DNA of 63,126 bases, counting the filler, from Porpidia crustulata (lineage: Eukaryota), in the NCBI GenBank assembly GCA_964255105.1. It is 4 parts of 4 records of this genome, joined end to end, with 100 filler letters (N's around TTAATTAATTAA, not from the genome) between each part and the next. Parts side by side here need not be neighbours in the genome. Positions count along the whole stretch, not along the records: positions 31,662 to 47,345 come from CAXUWE010000286.1; positions 47,446 to 63,126 come from CAXUWE010000287.1; 2 more parts are not named here. One strand, given 5' to 3'. Below are positions 36,901 to 49,593 of the stretch, one piece after another. The stretch's first letter is position 1. Each line of letters starts with the position of its first letter. The notes under the pieces are model-generated. The model did not search any database. It saw only the letters and a program-made list of their open reading frames with translations, and was not told the DNA's origin. Both the position numbers and the translations under genes were made by a program.

Positions 36901-38139
36901 TGGGTTCTCGAGAACTTGCTCCTTTCGGATGATCGTGGATTTACTCAATTGCGGTTCTACTGCTGCGTTGATCAAGCAGAGCCGAGTGATGAGGATCCTT
37001 TGGTAGGTCAGGTGATAGAGAGCGTCTTGGTCCTCAATGCAGAGATGAGTTTCTCACATGGATCGATATGTGGGGAATGATTCGAAAGATGATGAAGGAG
37101 CTATGGTTTAAGAGTCGAGCATACATTGATGTCATGAGAGGAGAAAACCTCGGCTGAGCGTTCCGTCATCAACGTTGAGGTTGTCTATGTAGCTCACCCC
37201 TTTGTGCGGTGACGGCTTGACACGCATGAAGATATTCCCCCGTTGGCATGTACCGGCCCTTTGCTGTTCTGCCTCTCGTTTCTTCCTCTGTAGGTCGCGA
37301 ATGCTTCTTCCAGGACGATCAGTCCCTTTCATTACGGACACATGAATGAATTGGTGAGCAAGTAGATCGCTGGCAGGTGGGGGACCATTGAGACGTAGGC
37401 CCATGGTCGGTACAGCTAATAATGCAGTCAAGTGGGGACGCGGTACAGGTACCACGCCCCCTATCCATATGCTGCCTAGGTGCCTTGGCCCTCCACAGTC
37501 GGCGACATGGCGTACGGCAGGGATCGATGAAGCCATCTGAGGCAGGGATCGACGTCGCTCATCGGGCAGGTTATAGAGACCTATGTCCAGGGTAGTGTAG
37601 AAGCATTTTCTCTGGAAGTCGAAGGCTTTGCCGATCGAGCTGACAATAGTAGCGCTCTGGAAAAAGTAGAGCAGCGTATCACAGAGACAGCTACCTTGCG
37701 TAATGCACTTGCTCTTTATCTTTCGGTGCCTGCTTGTCTCGAGCGCAACTGTCCGTCATCAGCCTTGTCTGCTCCAGGAACGATCATCAGAGTACCTATA
37801 AATGGTGAAGTTAGTACATCGTCTTAATTTGGAGTGAATGATGATAAGGAGACTCACCATTGCGACCTCCTTTGCAGCAGCGCATGCCACACGTAGGAAG
37901 ATTTCCATTGCTACGACGGAATCAATGATTGGTACTGAAGCGGGAGAAGAGACGGAACGACCGCTTTTCCTGCTCAGGCTTAGGGTTGCTGTGCGCCAAA
38001 CGTGAGCGCGGTCGCGAAGGCGACACGCCAATCGGTACATTCAAATACCCAGAAGCCTCCCCTCCGATTCCTCGCGTCTTTGTGGTTGTCGTCTAGCGGT
38101 GTCCTCGAACCTCAAGGCAGTCAAGGTGTCCCATTCCTT

Positions 38140-38520
38140 TCAAGCAACACACCGTGAAAGCTTTCCCGCCATCCTTGCACATGCTTCTCTGTGTCTCTCT
38201 ATTGAGCCTGGGCTGGTTTTTGATTCCATCGTAAGAAATTCCATGACAACATCAGTGTATACACGGCCACAAGAACCAATCAGCTTCGGTTCCAAGACTT
38301 CGAGAATGTACCTCCGCAATTCAGAGCCCAATCTCGAGGAGGAGAATTCCGAGGGAGTAGACATCGTAGGCGTATTGGTATGCACGTTTCGGAGTCACCC
38401 GCTTGTCGGGATGGTGGTAGATGTCAGGACGATTGTCTTGATTCATCTCCTCGGCCGCCTCGTGCTTTCCCTGCGATTGAAGAACCAATGCTAGATTGTT
38501 GACGCTGATCAATGTGGAGA
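38140..38520 (-). pseudogene. Chimeric relic: one NLR-type TPR unit joined to a HeLo/HET-s-associated kinase C-lobe fragment
   Basis: ISVNNLALVLQSQGKHEAAEEMN (TPR) runs directly into DIYHHPDKR..YQYAYDVYSLGILLLEIGL*. After a frame change it continues as LEPKLIGSCGRVYTDVVMEFL. Confidence 0.65.
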
Positions 38521-39242
38521 GTATCGTATCCTGATGAATCGGAGGCAGATGGTACTGTTGCGATTTAGCGATAGATAAAACTGCTGTTCATATCAGGAGA
38601 TGTCGGCACATCCTTAGTCGAAGACATCTACTCTCATTCTTCTTGTACGTGGCCATCACGTTTACTTTGATAGTGTTGGAGGACTCTGCCCTTATATGCT
38701 GTCCAGCCTTGTGCACGCGTCTCACCGAAGGGTAGGCTGACAGTAACGTCTTTGTCGCAGTCGTAATCATCATCAAATTCACGTTTGCTAAGCATTTTAA
38801 GCAGACAACTTGATCTTAAACGATCAACTCAAGATATTGGCAGTCAGTACGGGCGTGATTTGAATTTCCTGAGCCCGCGTTTTCAATTGCTCTACATCTC
38901 AATTGGCTGCTGGATACTCTGTAGTGTAAGCGTTTCTTTACCGAATGAGTCTGCCAAGGACCTCCAGACTTGCGTCTGGCGTTTTGATAGGATTGAAGAT
39001 GGCTTTCAGATATAGTTCGCAATTCGGGCGAACGAGATCGTTGCCAACGCTCGGGGGCCGTGGCGAACCTGGTGCTTTGAGGCTTACAGTCTAAGCACCC
39101 AAAATATGTAGGCCGCCCTCGCTGGTGAGATTGTAGCATCAGAAATGGTTTTGTGTTTCTCATCGAAAATGTCGAGTCCCGACCTCATAGAATTACAGTC
39201 TTGTCCTCAGCAGTTCTTGAGTAGAAATCCATCACAGATTCT

Positions 39243-40046
39243 TCATCCTCCTTCCGGCCCGGTCTCCTTTACTAGTTGCGAAACAGTAACAACTCTCCAA
39301 CCCCTTCTCCTCATCTCCGGCAACACCTTCCCCAACATCGGTACTGTCCAGCTCCTTCGATCATGACATATGACAATCCCTCCCGGTCTCACCATACTGA
39401 GCACATGCCTCGCGTTAACCCGCCAAAACGGAACCTGCGCATCGTGCGGATACACACTCCCTAGCACTAGCCGGTAGTCCAATCTCTCCAGTATTGCGCG
39501 CATCCTCGCGCTGAAGACGCCGGAGCCAGGTCGGAAATACTTGGGCGGAGCAGGCGCGCGCACGGCAGTGTAGGCGGAACGTATTACTTCTTCGACGAAT
39601 TGGATCTGCTCGGTAAGAGCGGCATCGCTGAGGCGGAAAGCGGGCTCGTCGTGCATCCCGTGGTTCCCCAGCTCATGACCGTGGCGCACAAGATCCCGCA
39701 GCATACTCTCACGCCCAGCCGCCTGCGAGCCGATGACGAAAAAAGTCGCGGTCGCTTCGTTGGCATCGAGAAGGCGCATTATCTCGGGAGTGTAGTCCGA
39801 CGGCGCATCGTCGATAGTCAGCGCAATAAGCTTCGAGGACGTTGAGACCTGCCAGAGGACCGAGGGCCAGCGGCGCTGGAAGTAGCGAATGAGAAATGGA
39901 GGTGGTTTGTAGATTATGTAGAGCGGAGCGAGGAGGATGAGGATTAGGGATAGGAGGAGGAGCATGGTGAAGGCCCGAGAGCGGCGGGCTCGACGGCGGA
40001 GGATGGAGGGGAAGCGGAGGAGATGGAGGAGATGGAGGCGATACAT
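39243..40046 (-). CDS. Polysaccharide deacetylase (CE4/NodB family) with N-terminal membrane anchor
   Basis: Motifs ALTIDDAPS, ATFFVIG, HELGNHGMHD, YFRPGSG, SVYPHD and GGIVICHD. Intronless. Confidence 0.9.
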   Translation of the reverse strand: MYRLHLLHLLRFPSILRRRARRSRAFTMLLLLSLILILLAPLYIIYKPPPFLIRYFQRRWPSVLWQVSTSSKLIALTIDDAPSDYTPEIMRLLDANEATATFFVIGSQAAGRESMLRDLVRHGHELGNHGMHDEPAFRLSDAALTEQIQFVEEVIRSAYTAVRAPAPPKYFRPGSGVFSARMRAILERLDYRLVLGSVYPHDAQVPFWRVNARHVLSMVRPGGIVICHDRRSWTVPMLGKVLPEMRRRGWRVVTVSQLVKETGPEGG

Positions 40047-41204
40047 GGAGAATCAGTCATCGAAATACCTCCATGCCCGCCTCCATCGCGTGGCACATGG
40101 AAGCAGGTGGGCTTAAAGTAACAAGTATCTAAGAGGCTAGTGCTGAAACAGCCTAGCTTACTTATTGTGGGAACAAAAACTTCCAACTTCTGAATATCGT
40201 TGATCTCGAAGTTTACAACTCGACCACAAACAAAAAACTAACGACTGATTTCTATCCTTTCCAGAACAAGCTCAAATTAACCTCCCAGTCCCCGCTCCTC
40301 CATTCCAAGGAATAGAACTTCAAGTTCAGCTGGTAACAACATCCTTCCAGTTCGGTACAGAGGTCCACAATGAAGGGAAAATGAATCCATAGGTATAGAC
40401 ATTTTAGGGGACCGAAAGGTGTTTTAAGGGAAAAGGACGCAGAAGATAGGGTGATAGGGTGGGGAATAAGGGTAGGGAAAGGAGAGAATTTGTAGAATAT
40501 GCATAGTTCCGAGAACGAGAATGGTCGAGACGATCTAACGCATCGTCTCCTAGCCCCTCTATAGCACTCATGGCTGATTCAATTCTCGAAAATTTGGTCG
40601 ATTGTTGATAACGTGGACCCGCGCTGGATCGTCGATGTGACTGATTGGGTAGTTGGAAAAGAAACCGTGGCGGAGGGAGTCAGACGAGGAGGACTTCGAC
40701 TGCAGAGAATTTTCTCATATAGGTAGGAAAATTGAAAGTGGTCGAGAATTAGGGATGATTCAGGACCTGAATTATAGTATCTTACGAAGATTGTAAGTCT
40801 TTCGTGAGGTATATACATTGAAAATATCGAATGAGACGCCAGCTCGAAGAACCAGCTTATTCAGTAGATCCTGTTGTTCCTCTTATCCGATTTCTACAAT
40901 CTACAAATTAGTTAGAGTTTTGCACGTACTGTATCATCCGCCCATGAGTCTCGTAAGGGCATTCAGTCGCTCGCTCGCTCGCTCGATCGCAGCACGCCGA
41001 ATCTAATTCCATCAAAAGCCTCATATAAGCAGCCCGCAGAAGTGAAAAAAGGGCCGCTTCTGAAGGTCGTAGAAGATAAGCCGCCAGAGAATCGAAAGTG
41101 GAATATTTGACCCCTTGAGAAATGCTGTTCATCTTTTAGGTGGACTTGCTTTGGACGTCCCATTTTAATTGTGGAAGAAGGTTAGGTTGTAAGTAGTAAC
41201 GAAC

Positions 41205-42873
41205 CTAAGATGACCGTCGGCTTTGTGATTCTGTAGCCCGGTACTCCGAACCGGGTTCCCATATTTGGGGTTGAAATTTCTCATTCATGTAATGCGCTTC
41301 ACATTCACCAGCTCTATCAAACATCAGCTTGCAATGTTTTTGATAAATTGAGGAGGATGGGAAATCAAGAAAAGGAGATTTACTGTTTCATTGCATCGGT
41401 CTGACAAGGTTCGGGGTGCGTGATCGCAAGCTGGCGGAACTCAGGTTCGACCTGGAATTTCGATGGCCGAAAAGAGGTGTCTACACGTCGTTCTGGTGGC
41501 TGAGGATGGGTGGGAGGACGGATTGAAATTGCAAAAGGGTCGATTGCGGTAGGACTCAAGGGGACATCCATGGCGGAATACCCGGGATTGCGGACGTATG
41601 GGTCGTTTGTTGGGAACGGTATCGGGGAAATGCCGGCAGAGGATAAGCCTGGGAGAAAGTACGAGCCCAGATCAAGACCATGATGGGAGTAGGCAAGATT
41701 GCTGGATAACGTGCATGTCGGGTCAGACATGTAATGAACCTGTGGAGCCGTGTGTGCTGGAATGGTCATCTCCGAGATGTCTTCGATCTTGTATATTACA
41801 TCGTAATGACCGCTGCAACAGGTCAGCCTCCACCATGGGCAGCGTAATTATTAGAGGACCTACGGTCTGTAGAGTAATCGTATTGTCGGGGGTGTGAGGA
41901 AGCCTCTTAGACTATTTAGATCTTCGTTTCGAATGCTGATGGTATTGACTTCATCACCCTCGCTGCGATCCAAATACAGAATATCGACAGAGATTCCTGC
42001 CGGCTTGATGACCGCATCTATCAGAGCGTTCAATCCTAGATGGTCCATCTCAACACGGAACGGATCTATATGAGATGCACAATACTGTTGGATTGTCTCG
42101 CCCATGAGGAAATCTTGGTACAACGCAGAATTCGTTTTCATCCAGGCACTAGTTATGAGCTGGATGACTCCGTTAGAATGTTTAATTATCTTCATCAGCA
42201 TTCTTGGACATATAAATTTGACTGACCCTGAAGTGGGCGATGATTGAACCCGTTATCGCATCATCATTGAAACTCTCCAGTAGAGCCGCGCCATCGTCTT
42301 GGCACGGAATACTTGCAGCAGTTTGCTCAAGCAGCATGATGGTCTCATCCACAAAGCCTTCATACATATACTCATCATAGCCGACGGCGTTCAGAAGATT
42401 ATTTAGAGACTTGAGCCTCGCTATTTCGGTGGCAATCTTCGAATGATCGCTACGATGTAGAAGAGCTTCGAAATACCCAAAGGCCAGAGCTTACCACCAA
42501 TTTCAGTTACGGTGCAACAATTCAACAGCTCGCTGGAGGAGACTTACCTCGCCAACCGCAGTTGCCGTCTCCTTTCACGGTTCGATAGTGAGAATACTTT
42601 TGCGGTAGGACCTAGGCAAAACCATATCAATTACGAGACCAGCTGCTGCTGAGATTCAGAGAGGCAAACCGCCGTCTTGTGCACATAAATCGGGTCTGCT
42701 TCGGCATATTCTTTCGTGAGGGCTTCGCTCGATTGCCGCTGGCCCACAAGAGGTCCCTACGAAAGATCAGAAGCTGGCACCATCTCTCTCCTCCCAATTT
42801 TCGTCACCTTCTGGTCAGGATCGTAATCATTTGACAATCGTTGTAGATTCGCCAACTCCTCTTCCGAGGCCAT
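41205..42873 (-). CDS. Otubain-like ubiquitin thioesterase (peptidase C65)
   Basis: Multi-exon gene: MASEEELANLQRLSNDYDP, YRTVKGDGNCGWRALAFGYFEAL (catalytic Cys), YLDRSEG and LLYRPGHYD (catalytic His). Last exon AHYMNEKFQPQIWEP ends at TAG 41207-41205. Confidence 0.9.
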
Positions 42874-44426
42874 AGTGTCCCCGATAAGGTTTGTACTTGA
42901 CGAGCTATGGCTGATATTCGGATAGCAAGATTGAAGATAAGCCTCCGGTAGTAGCCCAATGTCAAAGTGATACGGGATTCGAAGGCGTATACAAAGTGAT
43001 ACTCTTGGATGTGGCAACCCGTGGAGTCATGCCCGGTGGCCTGTGTTTAAGTATGGCTTTGCCTCTTCGGCTATTCACCGTTATGCACCGTTAATGCTCG
43101 GCCCGGTGCGTAGCTTAGGCGTGCTTGACACTCGTTCGGATGTGAAACGGGGCAGTGTCTCTATAAGATGGACGACAAGGAAAGATCAATTCGGTCTTGG
43201 TCGGAGATTTAATGAACGCGTGTTGTCGTCAGTTTATTAAACAAAAGTCAAGAGAAGGTGCTCAGGGCTTGCTTTGCTCCTCCCGCGTCTAATGCATCAA
43301 GCCGTGGACAGTCGAATATTCGGGATTACCTCTGGTGAGAGCGAAGGATGGACACGACCATGATTGGATCGTTGACACGAACTGGAGAAAGGAGCGCGTG
43401 GTAAGTATTCGTTGACTGTCAACGAGAGACGAGCTATTTGGTTAGTAATTGCAATCAACGAACGCTCGAGCGCAGAAGCTAGTAGGGAAGAGGGGGGGGG
43501 GACAGTACCGAGATATAATGGATATGGATAAGGGTTCAATAATCTAGCATTGTAAATGCATCCAAGCCAAGCTTACATGATTAGGTATTGTCAATGATTT
43601 GTATGGTCAGGAAGACCTCGACCCTGAGGGAGGCTCTCGGTTGTCCAGGCTGAAGATAAAGGTACCCTTCATGCTGTGATGGATCAAACATGTGGATAAT
43701 TAAAGCTCTTTTCCCCCCCTTGGTATACATAGACAGTTTTTCCTGAGATTTGGGAGCCCACTCTCAAATTTCACTTATGCATGAAGGATCTGCAGCAACA
43801 TTGGACACTTGTATCCATACAACAGGGGCCACGCCTTAGCTTCTACGCTACACTTTGCAAGTGAGATGTGACAAGAACTAAGGCAGCTCGATTTCTCTAC
43901 CATGTCGTGGGGATGTGCCCGAGGAGCTTCTCGCGGGCTCCCCCCCGTTCAGCATGCCAACTGCCTTGAAGCTAATGTATAGTCTTGTAAAGGAGACCAA
44001 TGTCCTCGGGCGTCTACAGATTGTGATCCGACATCGGCAGTCGTCTCGTAGCTGGCCAGTGAGCAGTTAATTCTACTTGAGCACTCCTGATAACGCTCGA
44101 CTCTATTGGCATTAGCGGGTCTCCACGGTGCTAGCTAGCTGTCATGCTAGTATAGCATCATCCACCTGTTGCGGGGACTCGAACGATCCACATCTCCTAG
44201 CCTATCGTTTCTTGACGAACGCCAACAAGAACGTGTCGAAGATCTAGCCGCGTGGGATGATGTTATGCGACACCTCTTGCAGAGATCCTCAGAGAAGAAT
44301 GGCCGGCTCCCACCACACCGGCCATGCTCATGCATGTTCCACGCACCGTGATCTGGACCTTTAAAGCTTCTCCCCACCGAATTGACTGGATCTGCTTGTA
44401 CCAGCTCCCACAGACCCTATCCTACG

Positions 44427-46202
44427 TTAATTGAGTGTCGTCGTGCCCCTTCCCAAGCCTGTGGAACCCTTCTTGCCCCCACTTCTTGTTTTCCCGAAGC
44501 CCTTCATACCTTGCCCATACAGTGACCCTCCACTATCATGCTGTGCGGACTGCATGCCGGAAGTTGATGTGCCGCCAAGTGCTTGAGATGCATCCTCCGT
44601 CTTAAAGCCTTCACCTTGATCCAGAACAGTTCTCCAAAGCGATCCCACGGCAGACGTCCATTGCTGCAATGCCTGCGTACGGCCGAAATCATCGTTACTT
44701 TGAATCTCAACCGTTCCGTGGTCCTGGTTGATTTTACCATTAAGCTTTTTATCGACGATCAAGAAGCCAACAATATCTTGGACCTCGGCAATAGATATTT
44801 TGAGCTGCTTTGCAATGAATGCAAGGGTAAATCGTGTATACGGAGCAACTAGCTTTAGAACACCTTTTGTCCGCATATTTCGAGTTACCTCGTCAATGTT
44901 CTCGGCGATAAAGGGGTCGGCAAGCACATCCTTATTGTTTTGCAAAATTGATTCGTATCGATGGATATCATCACGCTGGTATGCGTCTACCAAGTCAGTC
45001 ATTGCGGAAATTCGTGGGTCATTCTTATAGGGCTTAGTTTCCTGTGAGTCGAAAGGATTGATGTCCGATTTCATCAGCATAGTTGTTAAAACAAGATATT
45101 TCAGAACCTGTATACGTTGCAGCGATCCTGCTTCATCATAATTTCGGAAGGACTCAAAGAAATCGATTTGGGCTTCCTCCCAGCTCTCTAATCTTTATCA
45201 GCGTCTTTGAGTATCTTATAGGCATGTAATTTACCTTCACTCATATGCATCTTCCCTCCACACTCGCGGATGATTCCCATAATCTTTGGATGAGGTACCG
45301 CTGATCGCACTTTCAATGCTCGCTGATAAAGAGCCTTCCCAGATTACGTTAGTATATAATATGAGACAATGGTTGGGCCTAATCTGTACCTTTAGCCTTT
45401 TATTATTCCTCGTGTCTGCGTACATTTGGATCTCTAAAGCGTAGACTTCCAGGGCATACGTCCCTTTGCTCGCATCATCCGTTCCGTCATCTTTCTGGCA
45501 AGCCTTGTGAAGGTCTCGGACCTTCTTTCTCAGCTGTTCGTACTCCCGCTTATCAAGCCATAGACGCGCCAGCTTTATATTGGTTTTGAGCCATAATCTC
45601 TCATTATTCGTACTCTGGAATGATTCGAGCGTCTGCGAGTAGAACTTTTCCATACAGTGATATGCCTTCTCATCATCAGAACCCTTTTCAATGAAGTCGA
45701 GCATGTTATTGATGGACTTTTCGGAGTAATTTCGTGTGACAGCCGATTTGACATAGGTGAGTAGTTCGCGATAATGTTCAACAGCCTAATGTGATCTTTT
45801 AGCCGGGAGTCCTGGAATGGACACGAAACTTTACCTTGTCATATCTGCCCATCTTGAACTCGAGCTTTATTGCCTGTTTCAAGCCTTTGAAGCCCCTAGA
45901 TGTGAAGAATTTAGCTATTACGAAAGGTCTTCTACATTGGACGACCGAACCAGTCCCCCTTATCTTGCTCCATTGCTGGTAGCCCCAGAAACTCATCTAT
46001 AGCTTCATCTGGATTATCTGCCTTCAATTGTTTGCCGTTGTAATATTTGTTCTCAATACTGACATCCCCCGTCTCTTCGTCGTCATCATCTTCGTATTCG
46101 AAATCATATCTATCAATCTTCAGCGACTGCTGCCTGAGTTTCTCACGGGTTAGCTCACTGGTCTTGATCTGAGTCCTGCATGAAATCATCATCGTCAGAC
46201 AT
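44427..46202 (-). CDS. CSN2: COP9 signalosome subunit 2 (PCI domain)
   Basis: Motifs [77 protein letters not shown] and [18 protein letters not shown]. Confidence 0.96.
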
Positions 46203-46566
46203 TATGGCACGTTTGGGATGGTGAGAAATATCTTGTCAAAGTGCGACTGCTTGTCTGTAACCTGTTGAACTCAAATCGTTGGAGCTGTTCACAGAATGTA
46301 CAGCACAGGGAGGTTATCATTGGTTGATGGAAAGCACGTGTAATTATCGATGGCAGTAGGGCTTAGCGTGGTTCTAGGCCTGCACTCCATTCGATCCCCG
46401 TCGACTCTTTGGTAACCCTTGCGCCCGTTGTAATTCAGCTCTACCATAAGTACTGTCTTTTAGAGACTACCCCTGGTGTGAAATACCTCTAAAGATCGCC
46501 CGCAAGGTGTCTCACATTTCACCCAGACGCTACCTTTGCAAGGCTATCTAGAATACTGCCGACAAT

Positions 46567-47345
46567 ATGGGTGGCGATCTCAATCTGAAGAAGTCATGGC
46601 ATCCGGTGCTCATGAGCAATCAGCGGCGGGTATGGGAAGAAGAAAAGAAGGCGCTGGATGAGCGTAAGCGCATCGAACAGATGGTGAAGGAGCGCCAAGA
46701 AGAGAGGCAGATTCAGGAACTACAGGAGATGCAGGAGGCTGCTGGAGGCAAGAAGCGCTTGAATCGTGTGGACTGGATGTATTCTGGCCCATCGAGTGGA
46801 CAAGTGGGCACTACGGAGGAAATGGAAGGGTATTTGCTAGGGAAGAGGAGGATTGATGGGCTACTCAAAGGCACGGAAAACAAGAAATTGGAAAAGGCTG
46901 CTGATCAGGAATCTTTCATGGCCTTGCAAAACGCAAATACCTTAAGGGACACAACCTCGAAGATCCGAGAGGATCCGATGTTGGCCATCAAGAAGCAGGA
47001 ACAAGCTGCCTACGAAGCTCTAATGAATGACCCGGTTCGGCGCCGGCTGCTTCTCAAAGCTGCAGGCGGCGACATTAAAATCAAGGATCAGCATAGGAAA
47101 CACCGAAAGCATAGACATCACAGTGACCGCCATGACCATCATCGCAGCCACAAGCGAAGACGGACCGAGTACGAAGACCGTGAAAGTCGGAGAAGCGGAC
47201 ATCATCACAGGCGATACTCGGACACTTCATCGTACTCTAGGTCTCCTTCACCGTGTCGAAGACGATTCCCATCTCCTTACCGCCGAAGATCCCCCCCCCA
47301 CAGCGAGTACGATCCAGATCGCCGTTGCCGCACAAGCGCACCAAC
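46567..47345 (+). CDS. CWC25: Pre-mRNA splicing factor Cwc25 (3' truncated at contig end)
   Basis: [48 protein letters not shown] and an RS-rich tail. Confidence 0.96.
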
Positions 47346-47445
47346 NNNNNNNNNNNNNNNNNNNNNNNNNNNNNNNNNNNNNNNNNNNNTTAATTAATTA
47401 ANNNNNNNNNNNNNNNNNNNNNNNNNNNNNNNNNNNNNNNNNNNN
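47346..47445. other. Artificial contig-joining spacer
   Basis: N run with TTAATTAATTAA at 47390-47401. Confidence 0.98.
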
Positions 47446-48084
47446 GGGCGGAATGATGCGTGGAGGATGGGGGCGGAGATGGGGGTCTGGGAACAGGGAT
47501 GCGATAGGGGTTCGATTCTCGAGGTGGGCGAAGCTGTAGATGTCAAGGTGCTTGCGTCGCAAGGGAGTGGAGGCGTTCAGTAGCGATGACGACGACGGGT
47601 GGTGTGAGCGACAGCGATCTCGACTCCAGCGGGGCGACGATAAGGGAATATTCAAGCGAGGAACGAGCGGAGACGTTTCGCACACGAGCAAGCGTAGTCG
47701 ATGATCAGACTCAGACGAGGCAGCGCTTACTGGCATACAGGAAAGAGGGTGAGGCTTGGGAGTGGATCTTTGGCAAGTTCCTAAGGCAGGACTCGGCCTG
47801 CAACATATGCGCGCTGGAACATGGTCCGGTCCAGAGGCGACTGGGCTTCCTCGCGCAGGTGGATGTACGGCAGCTCAACCTTTGTGTGTCTACTTGTCCT
47901 TTGGCATCTACTAGGATGAATGACTAGAGAGGACCTTATCCCGCTATCGGCCAGTCCCAACGCGGGAAGCTCCGGACTGGCAGCAGGCCGGGGCGGAGAA
48001 CCTTGTACCTAGCGGATTCGACGGGCTCGACGTTCATACACAGGTTTAACAACACTTAAGCCCGGCAACGCCGCGTGTTACGTG

Positions 48085-49593
48085 TTATCCTCCAAAAAAA
48101 TCCGCCCTTAACCACGGATCATGAAGTAAATCCTTCGCCGTACTTCGATCTTTTGGTTGCCATTTGAGCATCCTGCTCACAAAGTTAAGAAACATCCTCT
48201 TCTCTTGGCCGCTCATTTTGCTAACGGAATTTTCCAGGCTAAAGTCTGTTGGGATCTCCATTGTGGGTGTGAGCTTCGCTGCTTTACGAGTCAGCGAGTA
48301 GTAACAGGATGACTCCCAAATGACCACTTACCCTCAGAATCATAGAACATTGACGTTCTTTTTCCCTGTGCAAGTGGATCCTCTGGTGGCGGGCCCAAGA
48401 GCGCTGTGATGTGTGCCAGATGAGATTGATCGTCGTACTCCGTCTTCAACGGGTCGACGGCTTCGAAAAGAGTCTTATCCTCCAACAAATCCCACAGCTG
48501 CAGTGATCGTTAGCTTTACAACTCATCTGCGCGAAATGAGGCTGCAGAGAAAACCATGACACCCAAGTTCCACATATCAGAGCTGTATGTCCAACCAGCG
48601 TCAAGAATCACTTCTGGAGCTCGATAGGGTTCGGCTTGGATGCAACCATTGTAAGGACCATCCCCTCTAACGGAAAGCCCAAAGTCAACGATTGAAACTA
48701 TTCCTGTGACTGAAGCCGGTCGGCCGTAGTTGTTTCGGGATAGGTAGATCGTCCGATCATCATATTTCTTTTGCGGAAGTGGATTGTTGAATTCGTCTAG
48801 GGCATCCTTCGCTAGTATGGATTGGTTTTCAAGCCTAACCATGATGTTGTCAGATTTGAGATCTGTCGCGTCAATAAGCCAATGCCTCCTTTACGGAAAT
48901 CGTCCGATTAATCATAAGGTAAGAATATGATACTCTTACCGGTATGGATAATGCGGCATACGTCGTGAAGATAATCAAGGCCGTGAAGCAGCATTTGAGC
49001 CATGATTTTTAGAAGATCCGAAGGAATGGCATTTCCCTCGAATCTCTCTTTCAGTAGCCAGAGTGGTTCACGCAAAGGCTCGAAAACGAGACAGATGTGA
49101 TCGCCAGACAGCCCCTTTAGTGTAAAGAAATCCAGTAGAGTCCGGACGAAGTGCGATCCTTCATGTCGTGGGTTCGCTTTTGAAATAAGCTGCGTAAGAT
49201 GTAGTTCATTTTGAGCCGTTCGCCTAGTAGCACGATCTGTGGCATTGATCTTGATCGCAACGTGGCGCTCAGATGACCATCGCCATCTGAAACCATGTTA
49301 ACGGAAGAAGCTCCTAAGCATTGTGCGAGTGCAAGGACCAACTGGAAGAGATCTCTCGCGAGCCACAGGGTCGAGCTGGTGCCATAGCCAAGTTTAGTAG
49401 TGACTTGATACCTGCCGTTAAGGACCTCACCAAGACGAGTCGGATAAAAGCGTTTGGGGTCATAATATGGCGTCTTCTCTTCCTCTATCGGCTGCTTCTC
49501 ATTGATAAGCGGTGCGACGGCCGTGGATAGCGGCCACAGATCAGATTGCAGTAATCGAAGAGGACTCATCATCCGATTTCTGAGTCGTAACAT
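48085..49593 (-). CDS. SRPK-like (CMGC) Ser/Thr protein kinase, expanded fungal family
   Basis: Five inferred exons with KLGYGTSSTLWLARDL, HVAIK, HICLVFEPLREPLW, IIHTDLKSDNIM, DFG, YRAPEVIL and RMLKWQPKDRSTAKDLLHDPWL. Confidence 0.9.

Noticed and set aside
47446..47930. Short ORFs at the start of contig 4
   Set aside because: No recognisable domain on either strand; truncated by the contig edge, so no call can be supported.
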